The translations under genes were made by a program, and so were the position numbers. From an uncultured delta proteobacterium (GTDB lineage Bacteria > Desulfobacterota > Syntrophia > Syntrophales > UBA2185), in assembly GCA_963729715.1 (NCBI GenBank), contig CAVSPA010000007.1, positions 32,001 through 96,000 on the forward strand: a stretch of 64,000 bases of DNA, given 5' to 3'. The notes beneath the pieces were generated by a model, which saw only the letters and a list, made by a program, of their open reading frames with translations, was not told the origin of the DNA and made no database searches. Shown in pieces: positions 24,123-33,778 of the stretch (positions are counted from its first letter, which is position 1; every line of letters starts with the position of its first letter).

Positions 24123-26432
24123 CTATTTTAATCTCCATGTTACTCCGTCTGCTGTGTCGGAGATCTCAATTCCCATCGCAAGAAGCTTCTTCCTGATATC
24201 ATCAGAAGCCTTCCAATCACCGATTCTTCTCGCGCGTGCTCTCTCTTCGAGAAGACGAAGCGCATCATCGCTCAATGTCTCTTCCTCAAAATTCATGACC
24301 CCGAGAACGGCATCAATCCTCTTTAGGACATCGAGTACATTGTCCCTTTCCCTTTTACTCAACTGCCCGAGAGAGAGTGGAATACTGACCTTCCCTATAA
24401 ATTCAAAAAGAGAGGCCATTGTATCGGATATGTTGAAATCATCATCCATGGTATCGGAGAATCTCTGTTTGATATCATAGACAAGTTGATCAGCGTCCGG
24501 GTATCCTTCACCTGGAGTATAACGAATCAGGCGCTGAATAAATCTATCCAACTTCTTGACCGTATTTCTCGCCGTCTCTAAGGCACCGGCGGAAAAATTT
24601 AGAGGCTTACGGTAGTGGGTGCCGAGCAGAAAAAACCTGATTTGTCTGCCTCCATATCCCATTGTCTCGAGATCTTCTATGGTCTTGACGTTGTTTAAAG
24701 AGCGGGACATTTTCTTGCCGTCCACCATGACCAGTTCCGTATTGATCCAGTAGTTGGCCATCCGTTTGCCGGTTGCAGCTCTCCCTATGGCCATGACATT
24801 TTCACAGTGCGGAAAGATGACATCGGCTCCGCTCGCATGAATATCAATATTGTCCGCCAGATATTTAAGTGAAATTGCTGCACACTCAAGGTGCCAGCTG
24901 GGCCTCACGTTCCCCCAGCGGGTCTTGAAGTAAATCCCCCTTTTCAATTCATTTAGGGAAGACCTTTTCAGAAGAGTAAAATCCACGGGGCTGTCTTTTT
25001 CATAGTCATCAGATTCAATCGTCTTGCCGGGTTTCACCTTTTTCAGGTCAATGTTGGACAGACGACCATAATCGTCTATTTTTGATATGTCAAAGTAGAC
25101 GGACCTCAATTTTTCGTAGGCGTGGCCCCTCGCCACGAGTTTTTCAACCAGGTTCACCATGGCATCGACATTTTCGCTAGCCCGGGGATAGACCTTCTCT
25201 TGTTTGATATTCAAATTTTTTATGTCGCTGAGGAACCTGCTTGTGCATCTTTCCGTATACGTAGCCAAGTCCATGCTTGCGCGCTCGGCTTCCTTAATGG
25301 ATCTGTCGTTCAAATCAATTATGTTCATAATGTGTCTAACTTTAAAGCCTTTAAAGTCGAGGTAGCGTAGGATCAGATCGGAAACGACAAAACGCCGATA
25401 GTTGCCTACGTGGGGAACTTCATGGACAGTAGGCCCGCAAGAGTGCATCAGAACTTCTTCGGTATTGATTGGTTTGAAGAACTCCTTCTCTCTCGTCGAC
25501 GTGTTGTAGAGACGTAGGGTAGATTGCTTCTTATCGGCAAAGAGTTCCGTACTCAGATACCTCTCTCCGCCGTCAGGAAAAATCACAACAATGAGCCCAT
25601 CTTCCATTTCTCTTGCCTTCTGCATAGCTACATACATGGCAGCTCCTGAACTCATTCCTACAAAAAGACCTTCCTCCCCGGCCAACCTCCGTGCGGTTTC
25701 AAATGCATCTTCGTCGAGGATATTTATTTTCTCATCCAGCCGGTTCTTGTCATAAATGCCCGGTCGGTAAGATTCCTTCATATTTTTCAGACCCTGGATT
25801 TTGTGCTGCAGGTATGGTTCAACACCCACTATCTTGATATCAGGATTATATTCCTTGAGTCGCCTCGAAATACCCATAGCAGTGCCCGTCGTCCCCAAGG
25901 TTGCCACCACCATTGTCACAGCCCCATCCGTCTGCTGCCATATTTCTTCACCAGTACCGTGATAATGAGCCAGCGTATTATCAGCATTATTAAACTGGTC
26001 GGTGCCAAAATATTTTCCTGGATCCTTGAGCATCATGTTATATGCCACTTCGATGGCGCCATCCGTGCCGAGAATTGCCGGGGTCAAGTATAACTCAGCT
26101 CCCATGGCCTTAAGAATTCTCTTTCTTTCCTCACTGGCGGATTCAGACATAGCCAGGCATAATCTGTATCCCTTGGCGGCAGCAATAAGTGCCAGACCGA
26201 TGCCGGTATTGCCGCTCGTTGCCTCGAGGATAATCTTATCGCCCGACAATTCCCCCCTCTTTTCCGCTTCGTTAACCATATAGAGGGCTATCCTGTCCTT
26301 TACGGAGCCTCCTGGGTTAAAATATTCGAGCTTTGCATATATTCTAACCTTCTTGCTCGGATTAAGCTTACGGATTTCCACGAGGGGCGTATTTCCAATA
26401 CTTTCTATAATGCTCTTATACATTCTTTTCAT
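24123..26432 (-). CDS. Cysteine synthase (CysK/CysM-like PLP domain, aa ~1-300) fused to a cysteinyl-tRNA synthetase-like domain (aa ~306-769)
   Basis: N-terminal: NTPL, NPGGSVKDR, EATSGNTG, GTTGT, SSGAA, DGGERYLST. C-terminal: LYNT, CGPTV, HVGN, WHLEC, KMSRS, HYRKPL, DDDFN and the anticodon domain. One continuous ORF. Confidence 0.92.
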   Translation of the reverse strand: MKRMYKSIIESIGNTPLVEIRKLNPSKKVRIYAKLEYFNPGGSVKDRIALYMVNEAEKRGELSGDKIILEATSGNTGIGLALIAAAKGYRLCLAMSESASEERKRILKAMGAELYLTPAILGTDGAIEVAYNMMLKDPGKYFGTDQFNNADNTLAHYHGTGEEIWQQTDGAVTMVVATLGTTGTAMGISRRLKEYNPDIKIVGVEPYLQHKIQGLKNMKESYRPGIYDKNRLDEKINILDEDAFETARRLAGEEGLFVGMSSGAAMYVAMQKAREMEDGLIVVIFPDGGERYLSTELFADKKQSTLRLYNTSTREKEFFKPINTEEVLMHSCGPTVHEVPHVGNYRRFVVSDLILRYLDFKGFKVRHIMNIIDLNDRSIKEAERASMDLATYTERCTSRFLSDIKNLNIKQEKVYPRASENVDAMVNLVEKLVARGHAYEKLRSVYFDISKIDDYGRLSNIDLKKVKPGKTIESDDYEKDSPVDFTLLKRSSLNELKRGIYFKTRWGNVRPSWHLECAAISLKYLADNIDIHASGADVIFPHCENVMAIGRAATGKRMANYWINTELVMVDGKKMSRSLNNVKTIEDLETMGYGGRQIRFFLLGTHYRKPLNFSAGALETARNTVKKLDRFIQRLIRYTPGEGYPDADQLVYDIKQRFSDTMDDDFNISDTMASLFEFIGKVSIPLSLGQLSKRERDNVLDVLKRIDAVLGVMNFEEETLSDDALRLLEERARARRIGDWKASDDIRKKLLAMGIEISDTADGVTWRLK

Positions 26433-26671
26433 GATGGAATTATTGATAAAAATGAATAGATATGGCAGAATTCAAAACGTAAGAGATGACTGCTCCATGA
26501 CGGTCCAAAGGAATTAATTCCCGCTTCATCCTTCTATTACTGTTGCTTTTAATTTATGTGCCAGATTCCTCCTGGAATTTGCAACCTTCGCCCCAGAACA
26601 TGAGCCAAAACCGCCCGCAGTCAACCCGCTTCCCAATTTCCTGGCGGTAATCACAAAAAGTTCCTGATCCT

Positions 26672-27088
26672 TCAACTGTCAAACTTGGGCACAGGAATTT
26701 TGAGGAATTGGACTCCTTCCTCCCTTAGCGCTTCTTCTTCGTTCTCCGTAGTGATGCCTTTGATATTCCGTCCTTCTTCCTCGCCGTGATGAATCTTCAA
26801 GGCCACTTCAGCAAACTTCTTGCCGACATCTTCGAAATTCTTGTCGAGGTATTCGCGAAACAACCTTAGAGCCTTCGGCATGGATGATTCTTCAGCATCC
26901 TTCCTGTTAGATGTCTTGATATCCTTTCCCATAATGGAAATTGTGGAGGGCACCATTCCTACGGCAGAACTTCCACACGCAGGACAGATTATCAGCTTTT
27001 GCGTCTGCTGTTCTTCAAATGAAGTTCTGTCGTTGAACCAGCCTTCGAATTTATGACCCTTTTCACATCTTAGATCGTATATGATCAT
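26672..27088 (-). CDS. DUF1178 family protein (Zn-ribbon)
   Basis: MIIYDLRCEKGHKFEGWF, CPACGS, VGKKFAEVALKIHHGE. Confidence 0.88.
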   Translation of the reverse strand: MIIYDLRCEKGHKFEGWFNDRTSFEEQQTQKLIICPACGSSAVGMVPSTISIMGKDIKTSNRKDAEESSMPKALRLFREYLDKNFEDVGKKFAEVALKIHHGEEEGRNIKGITTENEEEALREEGVQFLKIPVPKFDS

Positions 27089-27127
27089 GACCTATCTTCT
27101 CAAATTAGACATATTGAAAAAATAATG

Positions 27128-27156
27128 TGGACATTTAGAGTTTAATTATATATCTT
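27128..27156 (+). promoter_or_regulatory. Probable sigma70 promoter of tRNA-Pro
   Basis: TGGACA-17 bp-TATCTT ending 24 nt before the tRNA. Confidence 0.5.
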
Positions 27157-27179
27157 CCGAGTATATTGTTACATCATGT

Positions 27180-27256
27180 CGGGATGTGGCCCAGTCCGGT
27201 AGGGCACTGCGTTCGGGACGCAGGAGTCGCGCGTTCAAATCGCGCCATCCCGACCA
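27180..27256 (+). tRNA. tRNA-Pro(CGG)
   Basis: CGGGATGTGGCCCAGTCCGGTAGGGCACTGCGTTCGGGACGCAGGAGTCGCGCGTTCAAATCGCGCCATCCCGACCA. Confidence 0.97.
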
Positions 27257-27323
27257 TTATTTTCCCTCGTGATAATGGAAATATCAGTTTGAATCGCAGT
27301 AGCATGCCGATGCATTGGTATTC

Positions 27324-28538
27324 CTAACCACCACCGACGACAGAGGCCATCTTGAAGATCGGTAGGTACATGCAAATGATCATTCCTCCGACAACTCCCC
27401 CAAGAAAAACCATCATGACAGGTTCCAGGAGTGCTGTCATGGCATCCACAGCCGCATCCACTTCATCGTCGTAAAAATCCGCAATTTTGGCAAGCATCAA
27501 ATCGAGGGCGCCCGTAGCTTCTCCAACAGCGATCATCTGAACCACCATGGGAGGAAATATACCGGTTTCCGAAAGGGGTTCTGCGATGGTTCTCCCCTCA
27601 CTTATACTATGTCTGGTTTTTATTATAGCATTCTCAACGATCTTGTTTCCAGCAGTTTTGCTGACGATAGTTAGCCCCTCGAGAATCGGAACACCGCTGC
27701 CTAACATGGTTGCAAGGGTTCTGGTAAATTTCGCCACTGCAACCTTGTTCAATAACGGCCCGAATACGGGCGCCTTCAAGGTCAAGGCATCAACCATAAG
27801 TCTCCCCTTTTCCGTACGATAATATCTTCTAAAGACATATATAGCGAGGGCAATACCAACGATCATGAAGAGAAAATAACTTTGCATGAACTGGCTGGCG
27901 TTGATAAGAAATTGCGTGGGCGCCGGCAGCTGACCACCCATGCCCTCGAACATCTTCTGAAATACGGGAATAACCTTGAGCAACAGAAGGGAAACGACAC
28001 CTATAGAGATGACAAGAACGCTGGCAGGGTAAGTCATAGCACCCTTGACCCTGCTCTTCAATTTCATCGCCTTTTCCATGTAAGCCGAAAGGCGGTTAAG
28101 AATGACATCGAGTGTACCACCACTCTCTCCAGCAGCCACGAGATTGACAAAAAGATCATCAAAGACCTTGGGGTACTTTCTCAAAGCTTCATGCAAAGTC
28201 GCTCCACCTTCGATCTCTTCCTTTACGGACGTGATGACTTTAGAAAAAGTCTTGTTTTGTTCTTGTTGGGCCAGCAGATCGAGACACTGGATGAGGGGCA
28301 GTCCGGCGTTGATCATGGTCGAAAAAATTCGAGCAAAGACTACTATCTCCTTTTCTTTGACCTTCTGCTTACCAAATCGCAGATAATCGGCCAGGTCCTT
28401 CGGCTTTTTCTTTACGGTGATTGATTTGAAGCCCTGACGACGAAGGAGCCCCCTGACCACACCCTCATCAGTGGCGGTCATCTCTCCTTTTTTCAACTCA
28501 CCTTTTTTTGTCGCCGCTTCCCATAAAAATTCTGCCAT
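27324..28538 (-). CDS. pilC: Type IV pilus inner-membrane platform protein PilC (GspF family)
   Basis: STMINAGLPL, AGESGG.LD, KGAMTYP, VGEATGALD, MYLPIF. Confidence 0.93.
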   Translation of the reverse strand: MAEFLWEAATKKGELKKGEMTATDEGVVRGLLRRQGFKSITVKKKPKDLADYLRFGKQKVKEKEIVVFARIFSTMINAGLPLIQCLDLLAQQEQNKTFSKVITSVKEEIEGGATLHEALRKYPKVFDDLFVNLVAAGESGGTLDVILNRLSAYMEKAMKLKSRVKGAMTYPASVLVISIGVVSLLLLKVIPVFQKMFEGMGGQLPAPTQFLINASQFMQSYFLFMIVGIALAIYVFRRYYRTEKGRLMVDALTLKAPVFGPLLNKVAVAKFTRTLATMLGSGVPILEGLTIVSKTAGNKIVENAIIKTRHSISEGRTIAEPLSETGIFPPMVVQMIAVGEATGALDLMLAKIADFYDDEVDAAVDAMTALLEPVMMVFLGGVVGGMIICMYLPIFKMASVVGGG

Positions 28539-28561
28539 AATTGAAAACCCCTTTCGAAGAC

Positions 28562-29299
28562 TCAGACCTTTCCAAATGTTCCCAATATCTTATAGAGGAT
28601 GATCCCTGCCGCTACCGAAACATTGAGTGAGTCGATCTTGCCCATTGTGGGAACCGCGAGAAGAAAATCACATTTCTTTCTGATGAGCGGTCTCATGCCC
28701 GTTCCCTCGCTGCCCAGTACAAGGCCGATATGCCCGTCATAATCAAAAGAACCAAAATCTCTGCCTGACGCAGGGTCAGTACCATATATCCAAAATCCCT
28801 TCTCCTTCAAGTAGTCAATCGTATTGGACAGGTTAACCACCCTAGCTATGGATGTATGGTTGGCGGCTCCGGCTGATGCCTTTATCACAGTTCCTGTCAC
28901 GGATGCGGAACGATTTTCAGGTATAATGAGCCCATTAGCGCCGCAACAATGAGCTGTCCTTATCAGTGTGCCCAGATTTTGTGGATCTGTAATGCCATCA
29001 AGAATGAGAATCAAATTATATTTAAAATCAGGATGACGATTTGCGATAATATCATCCACACTTGCATACACGAACGGCTCACAGAAGCCTACAACACCCT
29101 GATGAGATCCCTGACCTGCTTTTCTGTCTAAGTAGCTTCTCTCTCTGAATTCTATATGAATTCCCTTTTGCTTCGCCAGATTCAGGACTTTCTGGCAGGC
29201 TTCGCCTCCCCTCCCCTGGGCAACAATGATTTTGCTTACCCTGCCACTCTGACTCTTGAGATCCTCCAAGAGGGGATTAATGCCAAAGATTACCTGCAC
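28562..29299 (-). CDS. rlmB: 23S rRNA G2251 2'-O-methyltransferase RlmB (SpoU family)
   Basis: HQGV, DPQNLG, LGSEG.G, SLNVSVAAG. Confidence 0.9.
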   Translation of the reverse strand: MQVIFGINPLLEDLKSQSGRVSKIIVAQGRGGEACQKVLNLAKQKGIHIEFRERSYLDRKAGQGSHQGVVGFCEPFVYASVDDIIANRHPDFKYNLILILDGITDPQNLGTLIRTAHCCGANGLIIPENRSASVTGTVIKASAGAANHTSIARVVNLSNTIDYLKEKGFWIYGTDPASGRDFGSFDYDGHIGLVLGSEGTGMRPLIRKKCDFLLAVPTMGKIDSLNVSVAAGIILYKILGTFGKV

Positions 29300-29378
29300 G
29301 CCCTCACTCCATCAATATACATAATTATAATGGAAACCAAATATGACAATGAGCCAATAGACCATAAATGTATTGAAT

Positions 29379-30143
29379 CTATACCACTCCTTCACGCATT
29401 GCAAGACCATCGGCAATTTCGGACACAATCTCTTCGACCTTTTGAACCGGATCTGCGGCTTGTCTGATGGGCCTCCCAACAACGACGTAGTCTGCTCCGG
29501 CCTTCGTGGCATCTCTGACTGTTGATATTCTCTTCTGATCATCATCTGCCGACATTGCCTCTCTGATACCAGGCGTTACAATGATGAAATCATTTCCACA
29601 AGCTCTGCGGATGTCGGCAATATCATGTGCAGAAGCTACTACGCCGGAAACGCCGGAATCCTTTGCGAGTCTTGCCAGACGCAGCGTAAGCTCTCTTGCA
29701 GAACAGTCAAATCCTATTTGCCTAAGATCAATATCATTAAGACTCGTCAATACCGTAACAGCAAGGATAATGGGAGGAGGCAGAGCAGTTTCTCGCGCAG
29801 CCCGACTGACAGCGGCGACGGTTTTTTCCATCATCTCCCGTCCGCCCAGGGCGTGGACATTGAACATATAAACGCCTTGTTCAACAGCCCCAAGAGCGGC
29901 TCCGGCAACTGTATTAGGAATGTCATGAAACTTCAGGTCCAGGAATACCTTCTTGCCGCCTTCTCTGATTTTTTTAACGATGCAAGGGCCATAGCGTGTA
30001 TAGGATTCTTTTCCGACCTTGAATATTTCCAAGTGATCCCTGAGACGTTTGACCCATGTCATTGCTTCTTCGATACCCTTCCCGACATCAAGGGCAAAGA
30101 TAAGCATCTCCCTTGGATTCTTATTCAAGGTATTCTTCGTCAT
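29379..30143 (-). CDS. pyrF: Orotidine-5'-phosphate decarboxylase
   Basis: [33 protein letters not shown]; start overlaps the end of rpoZ. Confidence 0.97.
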   Translation of the reverse strand: MTKNTLNKNPREMLIFALDVGKGIEEAMTWVKRLRDHLEIFKVGKESYTRYGPCIVKKIREGGKKVFLDLKFHDIPNTVAGAALGAVEQGVYMFNVHALGGREMMEKTVAAVSRAARETALPPPIILAVTVLTSLNDIDLRQIGFDCSARELTLRLARLAKDSGVSGVVASAHDIADIRRACGNDFIIVTPGIREAMSADDDQKRISTVRDATKAGADYVVVGRPIRQAADPVQKVEEIVSEIADGLAMREGVV

Positions 30144-30393
30144 CGACAAATTCCGTATCGTCCAGTATGGGTTTGTAATCGATTTTGATGCCCTGTAAAT
30201 AGTCGGGATTGGCGTATGTCACTTTCCCTGCGGCTATTTCCCTCAGCGAGGCTACGATTTCCCTATTGTTCTTAATATCCGTAAGCGGCTTAGCGCCTTT
30301 CAGCAATTGCCTTGACCTTTTCGCAGTCAATACAACCAAAGCAAATCTGTTTTTCGCTGCCTTCAACGAGTCTTCCACCGTTATCCTTGCCAT
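30121..30393 (-). CDS. rpoZ: RNA polymerase omega subunit
   Basis: [25 protein letters not shown]; follows gmk. Confidence 0.95.
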   Translation of the reverse strand: MARITVEDSLKAAKNRFALVVLTAKRSRQLLKGAKPLTDIKNNREIVASLREIAAGKVTYANPDYLQGIKIDYKPILDDTEFVDDEEYLE

Positions 30394-30409
30394 ATTTCAA
30401 ATGACCTCC

Positions 30410-31045
30410 TCACAATGCAAGAAATTCCTTAATCTTAGAAGCTGACCTTTCCCTCTTACTCTTTTCTGCCACATATATCGATCTCAGAGTATCAATGGCA
30501 GTCTCAAGATGATCATTAAAGATTAGATAATCATACCACACAATTTCCTTGATTTCATCTAAAGCCTTCGCCAGGCGTTTATCTATGTTTTCTTTGCTAT
30601 CAGCCCCTCTCCCGCGCAGCCTTCTTTCTAATTCGCGTCTTGATGGCGGAAGGATAAAGACAAATATCCCGCCCGGGTAATTCTTTTTCAACTTTTTTGC
30701 GCCTCGCCAGTCAATGTCCAATATCAGATCGAATCCTTTCTGCAAGGAATCCAATAACTCCTTCATCGTTTTCGACGATGTCCCGTAGAGGTAGCCATAA
30801 TTCTCTTCCCACTCAGCAAATTCTCCCTGGTCCAGTTTATCCTTGAACGCCTCCTCGGTAATAAAATGATAGTCTTTTCCATCTTTCTCGCCGGGACGAC
30901 GCGGCCTTGTGGTATACGAAACAGAGAACAGCAAATTAGGGCACATCCTCAAGACCTTGCGCAGGATAGAAGTTTTGCCGGTACCTGAAGGGGCCGAAAC
31001 TACGATATACAATCCTTCAGACTTCTGCGAATCGCTCTTACTCAA
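30410..31045 (-). CDS. gmk: Guanylate kinase
   Basis: SAPSGTGKT, SYTTRPRRPGE.DG.DYHF, YGT. Confidence 0.97.
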   Translation of the reverse strand: MSKSDSQKSEGLYIVVSAPSGTGKTSILRKVLRMCPNLLFSVSYTTRPRRPGEKDGKDYHFITEEAFKDKLDQGEFAEWEENYGYLYGTSSKTMKELLDSLQKGFDLILDIDWRGAKKLKKNYPGGIFVFILPPSRRELERRLRGRGADSKENIDKRLAKALDEIKEIVWYDYLIFNDHLETAIDTLRSIYVAEKSKRERSASKIKEFLAL

Positions 31046-31922
31046 TGTTCTGCACCTGCTCTCTTATTCTGGAAAGTTCACTCTTGATGTCGATTACCTT
31101 ACGCGATATCTCTGCATCGCTGCTCTTGGAGCCTATAGTATTTACTTCTCTTATCATCTCCTGAATCAGGAAATCCATGCTCCGCCCGACGGCATCGCTA
31201 CTCTTTAAGAGATCACGGAACTGTACGATGTGGCTATTCAAGCGGACAATCTCCTCGCTAATATCGCTCTTTTCGGCCATTACGGCTACCTCTTGTTGCA
31301 AGCGAAGCTCATCAAGTGCAATCCCTCCAACCAGTTCCTTCACCCTCTCAGCAAGTCTTACTTGATACTCAGAAACAACCTTAGGCGCCCGTGATGCGAT
31401 TGAATCAATGGACTTTACAATCAGGCCAAGTCTCAGGAGTAAGTCATCGCAGACGTTTTTCCCCTCCACTTCTCTCATCTCTATTAAAGCAGCCATTGCC
31501 ATATCGAGGGCCGTTCCTAACTCCCCCCATACGGCACACAGATCGAGGCCGGGTTCCTTCTGCACAAAAGCATCCCTGAATCCGGTCATCATACTCAATG
31601 TAATCTCTTCTTCAAGTTTAAGCTCCTCTCGCAATTGTACAAGTAACTCATAATAATTACGGATGAGCGGGAGATTCAACTCATACCTGTTTTCGATGAC
31701 GGAACTGCACTCGGAATCGATCCTGATGATTGTCTCTATTCTGCCGCGGGTAAATTTACTGCCAATTCTCTTCTTGATGTCGAGTTCCAGGGGAGAAAGG
31801 ATAGCAGGCACCCGCAGGGAAATCTCCAGATAACGGTGGTTGAGAGATTTCATTTCCACCGTATATTTTCTGCCATTTTGGACAGACTCGATTCTGCCAT
31901 AGCCGGTCATGCTCTGAATCAT
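31038..31922 (-). CDS. yicC: YicC/YloC family endoribonuclease
   Basis: SMTGYG, NHRYL, EEIVRL.SH, RE.NTIGSK, REQVQNIE. Confidence 0.93.
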   Translation of the reverse strand: MIQSMTGYGRIESVQNGRKYTVEMKSLNHRYLEISLRVPAILSPLELDIKKRIGSKFTRGRIETIIRIDSECSSVIENRYELNLPLIRNYYELLVQLREELKLEEEITLSMMTGFRDAFVQKEPGLDLCAVWGELGTALDMAMAALIEMREVEGKNVCDDLLLRLGLIVKSIDSIASRAPKVVSEYQVRLAERVKELVGGIALDELRLQQEVAVMAEKSDISEEIVRLNSHIVQFRDLLKSSDAVGRSMDFLIQEMIREVNTIGSKSSDAEISRKVIDIKSELSRIREQVQNIE

Positions 31923-32035
31923 TACGAACTCCTAATCAATACCAAAAAATAAATGTGGCTTTAATTTGGCTGCAAAATAGGGCTTACTCAAATCCTTAAT
32001 TAATAAATAGGCCATAACCTTCTTCGGACATGATC

Positions 32036-32560
32036 TTAATGTTTCAACTGCATTAGATATTTTGATCTAATCCTGTTGAACATTTCAATGACAGGTTTTT
32101 CTCCATAATCCGGGTAGGTCCACGGTAGAGATTGAAAGGACTTCCCCATATAGATCAGGGTCAGATCGGCATAAATGCCATCTCTCAGGTAAGGGCGGTG
32201 ACTATAACCCTTGCCGGTCGCCAAAATTAAGTGAGCCTGAGACATATAGCCCGGGTCAATATTAACCCTTCTTTTACCACCATCCAAGGTTTCTTCCTCA
32301 ATATCATTTGTACATAACTTCACATCGGGCAATGATTCAGGCCTGATCAATGTATCGAAAAAAATGAACCGTCTTTCCAGGGGTGATCCCATCTCCTGCG
32401 CATAGTAGTCGGTGTAATGAAAGGGCATCCGGGCACTGACAAAATCAATATCTCCATAGCGGAGAGATAATGTCTCAAGAACGCTTTTCAGCGAATTGTC
32501 GTCTGCATATATGTGGCTCATGAGCAATTTTACCGACTCTGCTGGCCGCGGTTTGCTCAT
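32036..32560 (-). CDS. DUF4416 family protein
   Basis: TDYY..EMG, RRVNIDPGY, LATGK.YSHRPYL, PWTYPDY. Confidence 0.85.
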   Translation of the reverse strand: MSKPRPAESVKLLMSHIYADDNSLKSVLETLSLRYGDIDFVSARMPFHYTDYYAQEMGSPLERRFIFFDTLIRPESLPDVKLCTNDIEEETLDGGKRRVNIDPGYMSQAHLILATGKGYSHRPYLRDGIYADLTLIYMGKSFQSLPWTYPDYGEKPVIEMFNRIRSKYLMQLKH

Positions 32561-33546
32561 AAGACCTCTTTGAGTTCATCGAGAGAAATAGTGGCTGTTC
32601 CGACCTTTCCCACAACAATACCGGCGGCGATATTGGCCAGAGCCGCTGCCTCCCTGAAAGTCGCCCCGGCGGCCACGCAGAGTGCTAATACGCCGATGAC
32701 CGTATCCCCGGCGCCGGTGACATCGAAGACTTCCCTCGCCTCAGCCGGAAAGGCCGTATGCATTGTCTTGTCATTGCTTTCAAAGAGATTCATACCTTCT
32801 TCACCGCGCGTAACAAGAAGGGCCTTGAAATCAAATTTCTTGAGGAGCGTCTTTCCTATTTTTGCGATGTCATTGCCGCCAACAATATCCATGCCGGCTG
32901 CTCGGCCTGCTTCAAGGTGATTGGGCGTAATGATGTCGAAACCTTTATACAGGAAAAAATCATTCTGCTTAGGATCTACACAAACGGGGATGCCTTTCCC
33001 GGATGTGATTCGGCGAATACTATCCAGGAGCTGCCTCGTCACGACTCCCTTATTGTAGTCCGAGATGACCACGGCTCCCAGATCATTGCGAATTTTTTTT
33101 ATGTACTTGGTTATCTTCTCTACACTGCTGGGCCGAATAGGCTTCCTGCTTTCCTGATCAAATCTGACAACCTGCTGACCGTGGGCCACGATTCTGGTTT
33201 TCAATGTAGTGGGACGGTCCGCTTCCACAACAATTCCAGCCGTATCTATCTGCCTGTTACGAAACTCCAGGAGCAGCCTCGTTCCCATATCATCGGCACC
33301 GATAACTCCCGCCCCGTAAACTTCCCCCCCCAGGGAAAAGATATTATTTAATACGTTCGCACATCCCCCCAGCAAAAGCGAGTCCGATTGGATCTCCACG
33401 ACAGGAACAGGGGCCTCCGGTGAAATCCGCGCCACTTTGCCCCATATGAAATGATCGACCATGATATCGCCGACCACCAGAACCCTTGATCTGGGAAAGT
33501 TCTTAATAATTTCGAATGCCCTTTTTTTGCTCAGAATCTTTTTCAT
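32557..33546 (-). CDS. hldA: D-glycero-beta-D-manno-heptose-7-phosphate kinase (stand-alone RfaE1/HldA domain)
   Basis: VGDIMVD, RISPEAPVPV, SDYNKG, VDPK, TPN..EA, DVTGAGDTV; start may instead be 33555. Confidence 0.92.
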   Translation of the reverse strand: MKKILSKKRAFEIIKNFPRSRVLVVGDIMVDHFIWGKVARISPEAPVPVVEIQSDSLLLGGCANVLNNIFSLGGEVYGAGVIGADDMGTRLLLEFRNRQIDTAGIVVEADRPTTLKTRIVAHGQQVVRFDQESRKPIRPSSVEKITKYIKKIRNDLGAVVISDYNKGVVTRQLLDSIRRITSGKGIPVCVDPKQNDFFLYKGFDIITPNHLEAGRAAGMDIVGGNDIAKIGKTLLKKFDFKALLVTRGEEGMNLFESNDKTMHTAFPAEAREVFDVTGAGDTVIGVLALCVAAGATFREAAALANIAAGIVVGKVGTATISLDELKEVL

Positions 33547-33624
33547 AAAAACCATACCAATTCTTGAGATGCTCTATTTAAGAATGGAGCAGCAACAATT
33601 ATGCGGCTTTTTCTTGGGGCAGTC

Positions 33625-33653
33625 ATGCTATTATCATGACTATCTTTTGTCAA
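33625..33653 (-). promoter_or_regulatory. sigma70 promoter of the hldA...pilC block
   Basis: TTGACA-17 bp-TAGCAT on the minus strand. Confidence 0.6.
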
Positions 33654-33778
33654 TCCTTTTCTCGGTTCAGTGTTTCCTCCGGAAGGCACGGTATAATCCT
33701 TATTGACTTAGCCTATATTATCAAGTAAAAAAATACCTGCCAATGGTAAAACTTATCGAGGATATTGAGGATTAATCC

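Noticed and set aside
26433..26671. T-box or SAM riboswitch upstream of the Cys fusion
   Set aside because: No T-box (GGTGGnACCGCG) or SAM-I consensus is visible.
27180..27323. tRNA-Pro as an integration site
   Set aside because: No integrase nearby, and I saw no duplicated tRNA 3' end in the window.
29312..29545. 77-aa ORF, or the short peptide MVYWLIVIFGFHYNYVY, between pyrF and rlmB
   Set aside because: Mostly overlaps pyrF and has no SD; the AT-rich remainder looks like spacer or promoter sequence.
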